A DNA stretch of 63,890 nt, filler included, from an uncultured Methanosarcinales archaeon (GTDB taxonomy: Archaea > Nanobdellota > Nanobdellia > Woesearchaeales > CAYSVS01), in NCBI GenBank assembly GCA_964434475.1. It is 7 parts of 7 records of this genome, joined end to end, with 100 filler letters (N's around TTAATTAATTAA, not from the genome) between each part and the next. Parts side by side here need not be neighbours in the genome. Positions count along the whole stretch, not along the records: positions 20,697 to 30,785 come from CAYSVS010000048.1; positions 30,886 to 40,272 come from CAYSVS010000050.1; 5 more parts are not named here. One strand, written 5' to 3'. Below, piece after piece: positions 27,214-37,126 of this stretch. A program made the position numbers and the translations under genes. The stretch's first letter is position 1. Each line of letters starts with the position of its first letter. Under the pieces are notes generated by a model. The model was not told the DNA's origin, made no database searches, and worked only from the letters and a program-made list of their open reading frames with translations.

Positions 27214-28698
27214 ATGTCAAAAAAAGTTGAGAAAAAGCAAAAGAATAAGTCAAAAAATCAGGAAGAAAAGGATAAAGGCATTACTGTAAAAAGAGATAAG
27301 GATATGCCTGAATGGTATAGCCAAGTCATACTTAAATCAGGATTGGCTGATTTTGCGCCTGTCAAAGGATGCTATATAATCAAGCCTTTAGGATATGCTA
27401 TATGGCAATCCATACAAGATTATTTTAACCAACGCCTTAAGCTGCAAAATGTAGATAATGCGTATTTTCCATTGTTTATACCAGAAAGCTTTTTTCATAG
27501 GGAAGCAGAACATGCAAAAGGATTCTCGCCTGAAGTAGCTTGGATTGCTAACAAGGATGAGGATCAAGAAAGGCTAGCAGTAAGACCAACATCTGAAACC
27601 ATCATGTATGATTCTTATGCTAAATGGATAAGAAGTCATAGAGACTTGCCTTTAAAGATAAACCAATGGGCAAATGTAGTAAGATGGGAAACACAGGCAA
27701 CAAAACTGTTCTTAAGAAGCAGAGAGTTTCTTTGGCAGGAAGGCCATTGTGTTTATGAAACTTTAGAGGAATGCGATAAGGAAACTTTGCTCTATCTTGC
27801 AGAATACAAAAAACTATGTGAGGAATTGCTTGCTGTTCCTGTAATAATGGGCAAGAAAACAGACAAAGAAAAGTTTGCTGGCGCATATTATACAACAACT
27901 ATAGAAAGCTTGATGCCTGATGGAAAAGCTTTGCAATGCGGCACTTCACATAATTTAGGTCAAGGATTTGCAAAATCTTTTGGAATAAGTTTTATAGGTG
28001 ATGATGAAAAAGAACACTTACCTTGGCAGAATTCCTGGGGTTTTTCAACAAGGCTCATAGGAGCTATGGTGATGACTCATTCAGATGATAAAGGATTGGT
28101 GTTGCCGCCTAAGGTTGCAAAGAATAAGCTTGTAATAATTCCAATATTATTTGACAAGACCAAAAAACAGGTATTGAAAAAATGCAAAGAACTTTTAGAA
28201 GAGCTTAGTGAGTTTGATCCTGTATTGGATGATAGGGAAGAATATTCTCCTGGATGGAAATACAATGAATATGAACTAAAAGGTATGCCTTTAAGGTTAG
28301 AGGTTGGTCCTCGTGATCTGGAAGCAGGGCATGCTATGGTGGTGAGAAGGGATACTGGAGAAAAGGAAACTGTAAAATTCGATAAACTTTTGACAAAAAT
28401 CCCTGCTTTGTTGGATAACATGCAAAAAGACTTGCTGAAAAAAGCTGAAGAAAGGATGTACAGTAATATAGTTGAAACAGAATCTTGGGATGAGTTTGCA
28501 GAAGCTATAAAGAACCAGAAGATGGTTAAAACAAACTTTTGCGGAGAGACAAGCTGCGAGGATTGGATAAAAGACAAGAGCGGAGGAGCAAGTTCAAGAT
28601 GTATTCCTTTAGGAGATGAAAAACCTAAACAAGGAAGTAAATGTATATATTGCGGAAAGCCTGCTAAAGTTAATATATACTTCGCTAGAAGTTATTGA
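27214..28698 (+). CDS. proS: proline--tRNA ligase (archaeal/eukaryotic type)
   Basis: RPTSETIMY, QWANVVRWE, FLRSREFLWQEGH, GTSHNLGQ, C-terminal Zn site and ARSY. Confidence 0.97.
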   Translation: MSKKVEKKQKNKSKNQEEKDKGITVKRDKDMPEWYSQVILKSGLADFAPVKGCYIIKPLGYAIWQSIQDYFNQRLKLQNVDNAYFPLFIPESFFHREAEHAKGFSPEVAWIANKDEDQERLAVRPTSETIMYDSYAKWIRSHRDLPLKINQWANVVRWETQATKLFLRSREFLWQEGHCVYETLEECDKETLLYLAEYKKLCEELLAVPVIMGKKTDKEKFAGAYYTTTIESLMPDGKALQCGTSHNLGQGFAKSFGISFIGDDEKEHLPWQNSWGFSTRLIGAMVMTHSDDKGLVLPPKVAKNKLVIIPILFDKTKKQVLKKCKELLEELSEFDPVLDDREEYSPGWKYNEYELKGMPLRLEVGPRDLEAGHAMVVRRDTGEKETVKFDKLLTKIPALLDNMQKDLLKKAEERMYSNIVETESWDEFAEAIKNQKMVKTNFCGETSCEDWIKDKSGGASSRCIPLGDEKPKQGSKCIYCGKPAKVNIYFARSY

Positions 28699-29302
28699 TC
28701 TTTTCTATTATTTTTTCTACTTTTTTATATGGATTGAATTCTTCTGGTGATATTTCAGTAATATCATAACCACAAAGTTCTCTTTTAAGAAAATCTACTA
28801 GACCATTGTTGCATTTTCTATATGCTACTGAAGCTGCTTGTTGGTTTCCATCTGCAGGTTGTATTTCTCTTCCTTCCACGACTTGCTGGCAGTAATTGAC
28901 AAAAAAAGCGTCCAAACCTCTTTTGTATTGTTTAAGTGTTAGTTGGTCCATTATTTTGTATGATTGCAGAAGATTCTTTTCATAATCTTCGATGTTCTCT
29001 AAATTTATCTTAAATTTAGAGTTTGCAATAATGCTTGCATAATATAGTCTATATAAAGATAATTGTGTAACTATGCTGTCTATGGCTTTATTAGTGCTTA
29101 TTCCACTTTGCAATAAATACATATCTGTCAGATAATCTCCATCTTCTTTCAATTTTCTTAATACATATTTAGAATTGCCTATATATGAATCTACTGTGCA
29201 TAATCCTCTTGGTAAAGGCATATTCAAACAGTATGAAACAATATTTTCTGTTTTAGTCACTATTTCTCTAAATTTTTTTATTTCTTCTTCATCGCCTTTC
29301 AT
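28685..29302 (-). CDS. hypothetical protein
   Basis: 205-aa ORF with upstream TATA. Confidence 0.6.
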   Translation of the reverse strand: MKGDEEEIKKFREIVTKTENIVSYCLNMPLPRGLCTVDSYIGNSKYVLRKLKEDGDYLTDMYLLQSGISTNKAIDSIVTQLSLYRLYYASIIANSKFKINLENIEDYEKNLLQSYKIMDQLTLKQYKRGLDAFFVNYCQQVVEGREIQPADGNQQAASVAYRKCNNGLVDFLKRELCGYDITEISPEEFNPYKKVEKIIEKINNF

Positions 29303-29342
29303 TTTCTAGAATTATAGTAATAATAATAAATATAAATTTAAC

Positions 29343-30734
29343 CTAAATTATCTCTATTTCCCTATGCTTAACCCTTCTGTAGCCGTTGTCGTAATAGCTT
29401 ATTCTTGCAGTATAGAACCCTGGCTGAGCATTAAATGGAATATCAAGCATCAATGTTGCTCTTTCTTCTTCATCTATTTCCACTTGTTTTGAAGTATGTA
29501 TTGCAAGTTCTGGGATGGATAATGTAACCTTAGCATTCTCGCTTTCAAGATCATCTTTTAGGCTTACTGTTACCCTTAATATTTCGCCTGGCATTATTGT
29601 GTCTGAATTTAGTCCAATGTGATTCATCTGAACATTTTTCTCTTCTTCCTGTGGTTCTTCTTCAAATTCATCTTCATAGACTTTTGGCACAACATCATAC
29701 CTAGAGAATCCTGGAACTGTAAAAACTATAGCTTGTTCAGGAGAATTGCTTACTATTGTGCATTCTTCGCAAACTTCACCATTTCTTAATATCATAGGAT
29801 CAGCTATATTTGTGCCGAACAATGTTATTGTTGCTTGTTTGTTTAGTTGAGGATATTTGTCGCTGTTTATTATTATGTATGATTTGCCTATCTCTATTCC
29901 GCCTTTGAATTCATCTATATCGCTTAGGTCCAGAGTTTCTGAAAAATCAACATGGCCTTTTTCATCTGATATCCTTACGTCATCAGCAATATGTGTTATA
30001 AGATCGTCATTAAATTCATCATCTTCTATTAGTTCATTCTTGTTTGCATCTGCTAATCCATATAATTCAATTTTCCATGACGGCAAAGCTGATTCAAGAG
30101 CGTCTTGATATTTACCAATGAACTCAGTTTTCCTTTGTATGCTTCCGCCTGCTGCTACATACTTAGATATGTCGACAACTATCTTGTTGAACTGAAGCAT
30201 GTATTCAAGATTATCTATTGTAGGTGTTTCGATGAAATTTTCAAAGTCTTCAAAGCTTTTGAACTCGATTATAAAATCCTCTACTTCTGCTCCATCTCCG
30301 TATAAAGGAACATCATTGTCTGAAAAATAAGCAATGCCATTCCTGAATATTATTTCATAAGAGTATATTGTCTTTTGGCCATATGGTACAATTATTGTCA
30401 TATCTCCTGAATCAATCTCTTTTACGAAATCAAGAGAATTTAATGCAGTCTCTAATTTTTTTTCTATCTCATCAGCTTTTCCAACTTCTTTAACTTCAAG
30501 CTTTTTACCTGTGAAATAATAATCATCTCCATCATAGCAGAATACTGAAAATATATTGTAATCATCATCAACAACAACTTTTTCTTTTCTGTTTTCGGTT
30601 CCATAAATATATCTGTATCTGTAATTTCCCATCTCATCTAATGTTACATATCCGCAGAAAGCATCCTTTGTTGTTGTTATATCAAGTATAAAACTCTCAG
30701 AAGTTACACTGGATGTAGGATAATTAACCTTAAA
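29343..30734 (-). CDS. acidic extracellular Ig-like protein, 5'-truncated at the IS end
   Basis: Reading frame stays open from 30632 up to the type B TIR at 30735; P.ILRNG..C..C, F.VPGFS.Y, L.IP..A.PG.Y.ARI. Confidence 0.65.
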   Translation of the reverse strand, partial: FKVNYPTSSVTSESFILDITTTKDAFCGYVTLDEMGNYRYRYIYGTENRKEKVVVDDDYNIFSVFCYDGDDYYFTGKKLEVKEVGKADEIEKKLETALNSLDFVKEIDSGDMTIIVPYGQKTIYSYEIIFRNGIAYFSDNDVPLYGDGAEVEDFIIEFKSFEDFENFIETPTIDNLEYMLQFNKIVVDISKYVAAGGSIQRKTEFIGKYQDALESALPSWKIELYGLADANKNELIEDDEFNDDLITHIADDVRISDEKGHVDFSETLDLSDIDEFKGGIEIGKSYIIINSDKYPQLNKQATITLFGTNIADPMILRNGEVCEECTIVSNSPEQAIVFTVPGFSRYDVVPKVYEDEFEEEPQEEEKNVQMNHIGLNSDTIMPGEILRVTVSLKDDLESENAKVTLSIPELAIHTSKQVEIDEEERATLMLDIPFNAQPGFYTARISYYDNGYRRVKHREIEII

Positions 30735-30785
30735 GGGAACTTTGCAAAATTAGCAAAAACGTAAACTCTATATATCTACTTGATA
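30735..30785. mobile_element. IS-like element type B, opposite end (GGGAACTTTGCAAAATT)
   Basis: 15/17 match to the TIR at 20546; internal sequence differs. Confidence 0.7.
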
Positions 30786-30885
30786 NNNNNNNNNNNNNNN
30801 NNNNNNNNNNNNNNNNNNNNNNNNNNNNNTTAATTAATTAANNNNNNNNNNNNNNNNNNNNNNNNNNNNNNNNNNNNNNNNNNNN

Positions 30886-30940
30886 AGAATGATTAATCTC
30901 ATATTTAAAATATTATTTGAACCTTATTCCGGATGAACCC
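30886..30940. mobile_element. IS-like element type C, opposite end
   Basis: TTCCGGATGAACCC 30927-30940 is the inverse of 20373-20386. Confidence 0.7.
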
Positions 30941-30978
30941 CAGTTTAGAAATAGTATGTGTTTTTTATTTGTTTTGAC

Positions 30979-33213
30979 TTATATAATTTCTTTCTCTTCC
31001 TTATTGCTCATCCTTCTTATTTTAAAATCTTCTCTTATTTTTTTCAGACAGTATGCTATGGTTTTCTTTTCTATCTTTGTTGTTCTTGATGCTTGATTTA
31101 TATATTTGGCCATAACCCTTTTATTGTTAAATTTAACATGATCTACAAAAGTCTTTTTGCTAAGATTGTTTTCTGTTTCAAACATATAGTGCTCATTTTT
31201 TTCGTCTATTATTTTTGTTATTTCAAAATGATATTTCTGGTCATATGTCCATAGATATTCTGTTATGAATCTTAATCTTTTCATATTGCCATTTAAGATA
31301 ATGTATGATGCTATAATCATTGTTGTTATGACTATTATGATCCAATAGCACCAATAACATGGTTTTCTTACAACTATGATTTCAGGCATCTCTATTTTTG
31401 GTTTTGGCAGTGCTTTGTCGTTAACTATTACCAAAACTTTAATATTTTTAGCAAATTCTGGATTTATATTCTTTTTTATCAGTATATTATATTCTTTTGT
31501 TTCATTTCCGTTGAATCTTGAATAGTTCCATGCTAGTATAGGGTCCTCCTCTAATATCTTATAATTTTCTGTCAATATTCTTATCTCGCTTGTGTTTTTT
31601 GCTATATATTTGGGTATGATTATTATCACTTTTGCAGGTTTGTGTCTTTCCATCCTCTTGTTTACTACTGTTTTTGTAATAAGCAGCTGTTTTTCTTTCC
31701 TTCCATTCACATATTCTATAGCTATCCTGTTAGCTTCAGAAAAAACATCAAACTCCTTATGGATTTTTCTGTCAAGGTTATCATAGATGCTTTTTTCTTT
31801 TGTTGTAAAATCTGTTTTGTCTATTATATCATATTCTATCTCTTGAAGTTCATCTCTTCTGTCTATTATGATGCTTTCATGCTTAAATTTGGCAGTTTTT
31901 GCATCTATATATATATCTTCTATGCAAAGTTTCTCTAGTTCTTTTATTCTTTTGTTTATCCTGTTGACCTTTTCTTTCTTTTCTTGGAAATCTACTTGTG
32001 ATGACCTTATCCTATCGAGCTCCTCTTCAAGCCTCTTTAATTCTTTTATATGCTCTTCTATTTCTTTATCCAGCCCGATTATCCTTCCCAGTTCCTGTGT
32101 TTCGTTATCTAATAAGTCAAAAACATCTAGTCTGCATACTTCACACGCTTCGTTAACTTCTTCCTCAGCAGCACTGACTCTTCTGGATATAGATGGGGCT
32201 GGAGGTGGCGGCGGACAACTTCCGCAATCCTGTTGACAAGAAGCGCATGTTTCACCTCCTTCACATACTCCATCTCCGCAATAGATTGTGTTCAACACAG
32301 TCACAATCGCTTTTCTTTCTACATAGTAGCCTTTTGAGTTGGTTAGTCTAATTATCACTTCATATACTCCTTCATCATCATAATCAGTCTGCCATTGTCC
32401 TGTTGAATTGAATTCTAAGCTGATGTTAAGCGGGTTTGTGAAAGTATATGTTAGATCAAGATTGTTAGGATCATAACCGCTTACATTAAGGTCAGCTATC
32501 TCTCCTTCATATATTGTAATATTATCTACTGGATTAAGAACAGGATAATAGCATTCATCCTTATCACTTGGATCAAGGAAAAAATTATATTTTAGGTTTG
32601 ATGTTCCAGAAGGAACAGGTACCATTATCTGATAATTAGCATAAGCTCCATTAAACGCTTTATTTAAATCAGAAATATCTGTGACAATCACAAAATTATG
32701 TTCTTGTTTTAATAATCCCATATAATAATCTCCTTGTTCTGCATTTGTTTTTGCTGCAGGCAGTTCCATGGTGATGTCGTCCACTGTAAAATTTCTTAAA
32801 TATTTGAATACGCTTGTCCCTGAAAATTTATTTGAAGAAGATAATCCTAAAAAAACATCTACCATCGAGACATTACCTGGCTCTAATTTAGAGAAATTTA
32901 TACTGCTCATGTTTGTTATGTATAATTCAGTTACAACACATTTTGATAAGTTTAGATTCAATGTTCTCACATTAGTGGTTGCATTCACATATGTATAGTT
33001 TCGTATTGCTTCTGTTGTAAGGTTTCCATATAATCCTTGCCACGTGTTGTTTATATGGTCTGGAGTGATAACTATGGCTTGTACTTTTCCAGCTTCTCCT
33101 TGTATTCCTATTATAAAACCAAGATAGCTTGGTTCAATATTCATAAAAAATAATATTGTTAGAATTAATACACAAATTAAGATGAACGTTGCTTTTAACC
33201 CCTTTTTATACAT
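30979..33213 (-). CDS. membrane-anchored surface protein (WQG.YGN domain, Ig-like domain, Cys-rich repeat, coiled coil)
   Basis: N-terminal TM; WQGLYGN..YQIMVP..YNFF; W.TDYDD.G.Y; CGDGVCEGGETCASCQQDCGSC; C-terminal TM. Confidence 0.75.
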   Translation of the reverse strand: MYKKGLKATFILICVLILTILFFMNIEPSYLGFIIGIQGEAGKVQAIVITPDHINNTWQGLYGNLTTEAIRNYTYVNATTNVRTLNLNLSKCVVTELYITNMSSINFSKLEPGNVSMVDVFLGLSSSNKFSGTSVFKYLRNFTVDDITMELPAAKTNAEQGDYYMGLLKQEHNFVIVTDISDLNKAFNGAYANYQIMVPVPSGTSNLKYNFFLDPSDKDECYYPVLNPVDNITIYEGEIADLNVSGYDPNNLDLTYTFTNPLNISLEFNSTGQWQTDYDDEGVYEVIIRLTNSKGYYVERKAIVTVLNTIYCGDGVCEGGETCASCQQDCGSCPPPPPAPSISRRVSAAEEEVNEACEVCRLDVFDLLDNETQELGRIIGLDKEIEEHIKELKRLEEELDRIRSSQVDFQEKKEKVNRINKRIKELEKLCIEDIYIDAKTAKFKHESIIIDRRDELQEIEYDIIDKTDFTTKEKSIYDNLDRKIHKEFDVFSEANRIAIEYVNGRKEKQLLITKTVVNKRMERHKPAKVIIIIPKYIAKNTSEIRILTENYKILEEDPILAWNYSRFNGNETKEYNILIKKNINPEFAKNIKVLVIVNDKALPKPKIEMPEIIVVRKPCYWCYWIIIVITTMIIASYIILNGNMKRLRFITEYLWTYDQKYHFEITKIIDEKNEHYMFETENNLSKKTFVDHVKFNNKRVMAKYINQASRTTKIEKKTIAYCLKKIREDFKIRRMSNKEEKEII

Positions 33214-33402
33214 GGTTCTTAAAAATAGATATCATATTATTTAAACTTTTTTATGTGAATAAAGCTTTTATTTTCTTGAATTTAACAAATATTCAAAATA
33301 ATACTTCTAAAACACAGAAACATTTATATATGAGTATACGTATTAATATACTCATAGCCACAATATGGTTTATATTAAAAAAAGAAAAAAGGAGGTAATA
33401 AC

Positions 33403-34068
33403 ATGAAAAAAACATTTATCCTAGGAATAATGATTTTTTTGGTTTCTGCAGTTTGTGTAGTTGCTATAGATCCACCAGGAGGAGCAAGCACAGATTTGAA
33501 ATCAACAGGATCTTTTGCTGCAAGCACAGCAGGAAGCGAAGAGATTTTTGCTTCTAACGTGAGTCTGGTTAATCTACAAGCAAATCAGACAACATACAAA
33601 TGGGCAGGTTTTTACGGTAATGTATCTGGAAACCTATCTTTAGGTTGGGACAGCTCAATATTGTATGATTTCGGAGCAAGCGCTGAAAGCGTATTGGCAA
33701 CAACAAACAATGCATTTGCTTGGTCAACATTGGCGGCAGGAACTGCTCAAGATGTAGATGATCTTTGGCATGCAGGAGCTACTGGAGCTAATGATAACGC
33801 AACAAGCCATTACTCAAACACAGGAACTATAGCTACAGTTGACAGTGTACCTTATGTTACATTGAACCCTGCAGCATCAGGATTCGAATCAGGAATTTTT
33901 GATGACGGCACAAATGGTGCAAAAACAAATATTGCATTCGGCACAGATGTTGTTGACGGCGGAGCTACAGATTTCAGAGGCGGAACATCTGATTTTGAAC
34001 TTATGGTTCCAATAGATGCAGGCCAAGGAAACTCAGAAACATATTACTTTTATGTAATAATGGGTTAA
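33403..34068 (+). CDS. secreted Gly/Ala/Thr-rich protein, candidate surface structural subunit
   Basis: Signal peptide; strong RBS AGGAGGT; WAGFYGNVSG..FELMVP..YYFYV; T-rich terminator. Confidence 0.8.
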   Translation: MKKTFILGIMIFLVSAVCVVAIDPPGGASTDLKSTGSFAASTAGSEEIFASNVSLVNLQANQTTYKWAGFYGNVSGNLSLGWDSSILYDFGASAESVLATTNNAFAWSTLAAGTAQDVDDLWHAGATGANDNATSHYSNTGTIATVDSVPYVTLNPAASGFESGIFDDGTNGAKTNIAFGTDVVDGGATDFRGGTSDFELMVPIDAGQGNSETYYFYVIMG

Positions 34069-34163
34069 AGACTTTTATTTTTTATTTTATTTATTTTTTC
34101 TTACAAATTTAAGATGCAATTGATTAGAAACTTTTAAATATCATTTTGTTTATTCTCTCTTTT

Positions 34164-35840
34164 ATGAAAAAGAGGTATATTGTTTGTTTATTATTTTCGA
34201 TTATTTTCTTGTTATCACTATCTACATTTGTAAGTGCAGAATTCCAAACATTGATTAATTCTGATGAATGGATAGATGTATATTCTGGTATGCTTTATTC
34301 AAGATTGAATTATGCAGACAGCGATTTTGTGATAGACGAACTTCATGGCATTGAACAGCTTGGTATTCTTGATAGAAATATAGATGATGTAATTTTGATA
34401 GAATCAGATGATCCTTATGTGATAGGCTATAACAATATGATTAAAAATAAAGGGTTTGATGTTGAAGTAATAAGCAACAAAGATCCTCTAGATACTAACT
34501 TTGAGCTTGCCCAAAGGACAAGTCTTACAAGTTTCATAATAATCGATAATGCCTATGCTTATAACGCCATATCTGTAGCACCTTATGCTGTTGCAACAGA
34601 TTCATATGTTCTGTTTGCAAACAAAAGAAATATAGATGATGTAAAAAGTTTTCTTGAATCCAGAGATTCTGCCGTAATGCTGTATGGAAGATTAGACAGG
34701 GAAGTAAAAGATGCTTTATCTGTGTTCAACCCTGAGATAATATACAATAGAGATAAATACAGGGATAATCTTGAACTTGCTCAAAGACATTGTGATATTA
34801 GCCATAGAAAGCAAATCCTTTTTTCAAACGGAGATTTTATAGAAAAAAGCTATTTTTATGGTGAAGATCCTATATTGTTTATAGGAAAATCAAATATTCC
34901 TGACGGCATTGTTGATTTTATTAAGGAAAGAGATATTGAGATTGGTGTATTGGTAGGGACAGATATTATTGAAAATGCTAAATTCATTAAGGATGCAACA
35001 GATATAAAATTATTTGTAAAATATGCGCAAGGCAGAAATTCTGTTCAGAAAGCGTTGGATATGTTTTTTTTGCCTCAGTATTATATAGATATACAGATAA
35101 ATTCAATAAATTATAACAAGGCAACAAAACAATTAGAAGTGACTTATTTTAATAAAGAGCCTTCTAAGGGATTTTTTAAGGCATCGCATGAGATAATTGC
35201 TGATGATGCTTCTATCGTTAAGATTGGTGATGAGAATGTTGTTTTTATCGACTCAAAAGAGATAAAGACAATAACATATGAACTGGATATGACTGATTAC
35301 CTTAATGATGATATAAAGATATCAAGCCTTGTTCTTTTCGGACCTGAAGAGCAGAATCTCGATAGGATGAAAACTTTTATCTCGACAATAGCCATTATAG
35401 AATATCTTGATGAATCTCAGATAGATATACTTGATTTGGAATATAATAAGAATCTAAAGAGATTTTATGTTGAATTGAAGAATTTAGGAGACAAGACAGC
35501 CTATGTTGATCTTGACCTTATAGATATTTTAATAGATCAAGAACCTATTTCATTTAGTCTCGAAAATATCGCTTCTATTGATCCTGGAAAAAAAGGTATA
35601 GCTAAGATAAGGGCTGACTTGAGCGATGCAGACATAGAAGATAATCCTTATATTAATGTACGTGCAAGATACGGTTCAAGACCTGAAGTTTTGGTAAAAA
35701 ATATTGAAAAGCAGATGCCTATGAAAGTTACTGTGATGAATTATACTCTGCTTATCATACTTCTTTTGGTGTTTGTTGCTGTTATTTCGTACATGCTGGG
35801 AAAAAAAGATACTTCTAAAAAGAAAAAAAGAAGAAAGTAA
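34164..35840 (+). CDS. secreted, C-terminally anchored surface protein (CWB2-like repeats plus Ig-like domains)
   Basis: Signal peptide; NAISVAPYA, D.Y..N..LA, G..PIL; C-terminal TM and basic tail. Confidence 0.7.
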   Translation: MKKRYIVCLLFSIIFLLSLSTFVSAEFQTLINSDEWIDVYSGMLYSRLNYADSDFVIDELHGIEQLGILDRNIDDVILIESDDPYVIGYNNMIKNKGFDVEVISNKDPLDTNFELAQRTSLTSFIIIDNAYAYNAISVAPYAVATDSYVLFANKRNIDDVKSFLESRDSAVMLYGRLDREVKDALSVFNPEIIYNRDKYRDNLELAQRHCDISHRKQILFSNGDFIEKSYFYGEDPILFIGKSNIPDGIVDFIKERDIEIGVLVGTDIIENAKFIKDATDIKLFVKYAQGRNSVQKALDMFFLPQYYIDIQINSINYNKATKQLEVTYFNKEPSKGFFKASHEIIADDASIVKIGDENVVFIDSKEIKTITYELDMTDYLNDDIKISSLVLFGPEEQNLDRMKTFISTIAIIEYLDESQIDILDLEYNKNLKRFYVELKNLGDKTAYVDLDLIDILIDQEPISFSLENIASIDPGKKGIAKIRADLSDADIEDNPYINVRARYGSRPEVLVKNIEKQMPMKVTVMNYTLLIILLLVFVAVISYMLGKKDTSKKKKRRK

Positions 35841-35920
35841 TTTAGTAACTGTTAGACTTTATTTCTCTACCTTCTCAAAATATAAATCAGGATCAAGATG
35901 ATTTTTTGCAATGGGAATAT

Positions 35921-37030
35921 TCATAATTTCCTTATGCCTTTTAAGATCATCATAATCAATACAACTATCATAATAATTACAGCAGGTATCTCTAGCCACT
36001 CGTAACTGCTTTCAAATTCTCTTGTAATGACTTTCTTGATGCTGAACATATTCTCTGCTACAGCTTCTTGATTGTTTCCGTACAATAACTTAAGAGATAA
36101 TATATATTCTCCATCTTTTATGTTGTCAGGTAATTCAAACGTCTTTATGAGTTCTGTCTGTGTCTCAAGAATTATGTATTCTGTTTGTGATATTATTGTA
36201 TTGTTATTGATGTCCTTTATCTTGTAATTTATCGTGACATTTGCTTTTCCTGGAACTCCGAAGTTTATCAAGGTTATTTTTGCAGTCAGATCTCCTTCTG
36301 TATTATCTATCTTTAACATTTCAGAGATGATATCAAACAGATGTTTCTGTTTCTTAATCGCCTCATTTTTATTAAATCTATTTTTTTCTTTACTTTTACT
36401 ATTATTATCTTTTTGTTCTTCAGAAGGCTGTGCATACGTACAAGTTATTTCAGTAGGGAAAGGATTGTCATTATGATCTTGGCAGTTTCCTATGTATCTA
36501 CAGCTTCTTGTCTTTGTTCCTTCAGGTGTACAATCATCCCAGCTATTGCATGTCCATGCGTGTATGCAACTGATAGGTTCTTCTGGCTGTGTTGTATGTT
36601 TTTCATTACATGTGGTAAAAGACCATGCATAAGTATCGTAATTGTTTTTTTCTAGATCAAGAACATCTCCTATTATTGCTGTATATATCTTATTGTTATC
36701 CATATTATTTTTAGGATCAAATATTATAGTATACGTAGAGTTGTCATAATATATTTTTCCGGAAACATAATTGTTATTCTCATCTCTTAACCTTATGGTT
36801 GATGAGTTAAATGTTTCCTTATTCATAGGTATAAGAAATTTTGCAGATATATTGCTGTTTATGTTGATATCTGTCTGGCCTTTATATGGAATAGTAAAGC
36901 TCACATATGTTTTAGCTATATTAAGATTAACTCCATAAAGTTGAGTTACTGCTGCATATGAAGATATACTTAATATGACTAGTATAAAGCTGAATATGAT
37001 GATTTTATTCATTTTTTTAATATTAAACAT
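35921..37030 (-). CDS. Ig-like (Big_5/SbsA-like) surface protein
   Basis: P..GQTDI.IN..I...F..PM....IF.P.....Y.....WSFTT; W.C..W..C...G.KTR.C; C-terminal TM. Confidence 0.75.
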   Translation of the reverse strand: MFNIKKMNKIIIFSFILVILSISSYAAVTQLYGVNLNIAKTYVSFTIPYKGQTDININSNISAKFLIPMNKETFNSSTIRLRDENNNYVSGKIYYDNSTYTIIFDPKNNMDNNKIYTAIIGDVLDLEKNNYDTYAWSFTTCNEKHTTQPEEPISCIHAWTCNSWDDCTPEGTKTRSCRYIGNCQDHNDNPFPTEITCTYAQPSEEQKDNNSKSKEKNRFNKNEAIKKQKHLFDIISEMLKIDNTEGDLTAKITLINFGVPGKANVTINYKIKDINNNTIISQTEYIILETQTELIKTFELPDNIKDGEYILSLKLLYGNNQEAVAENMFSIKKVITREFESSYEWLEIPAVIIMIVVLIMMILKGIRKL

Positions 37031-37126
37031 TTTTATTCTTGTAATGCTATTCTTTTATTTTAATACTTTTCTATAATTGTTATGATAAATAGTTAAATAT
37101 TTAAAAGGAGATTTTATTTTTATCTG

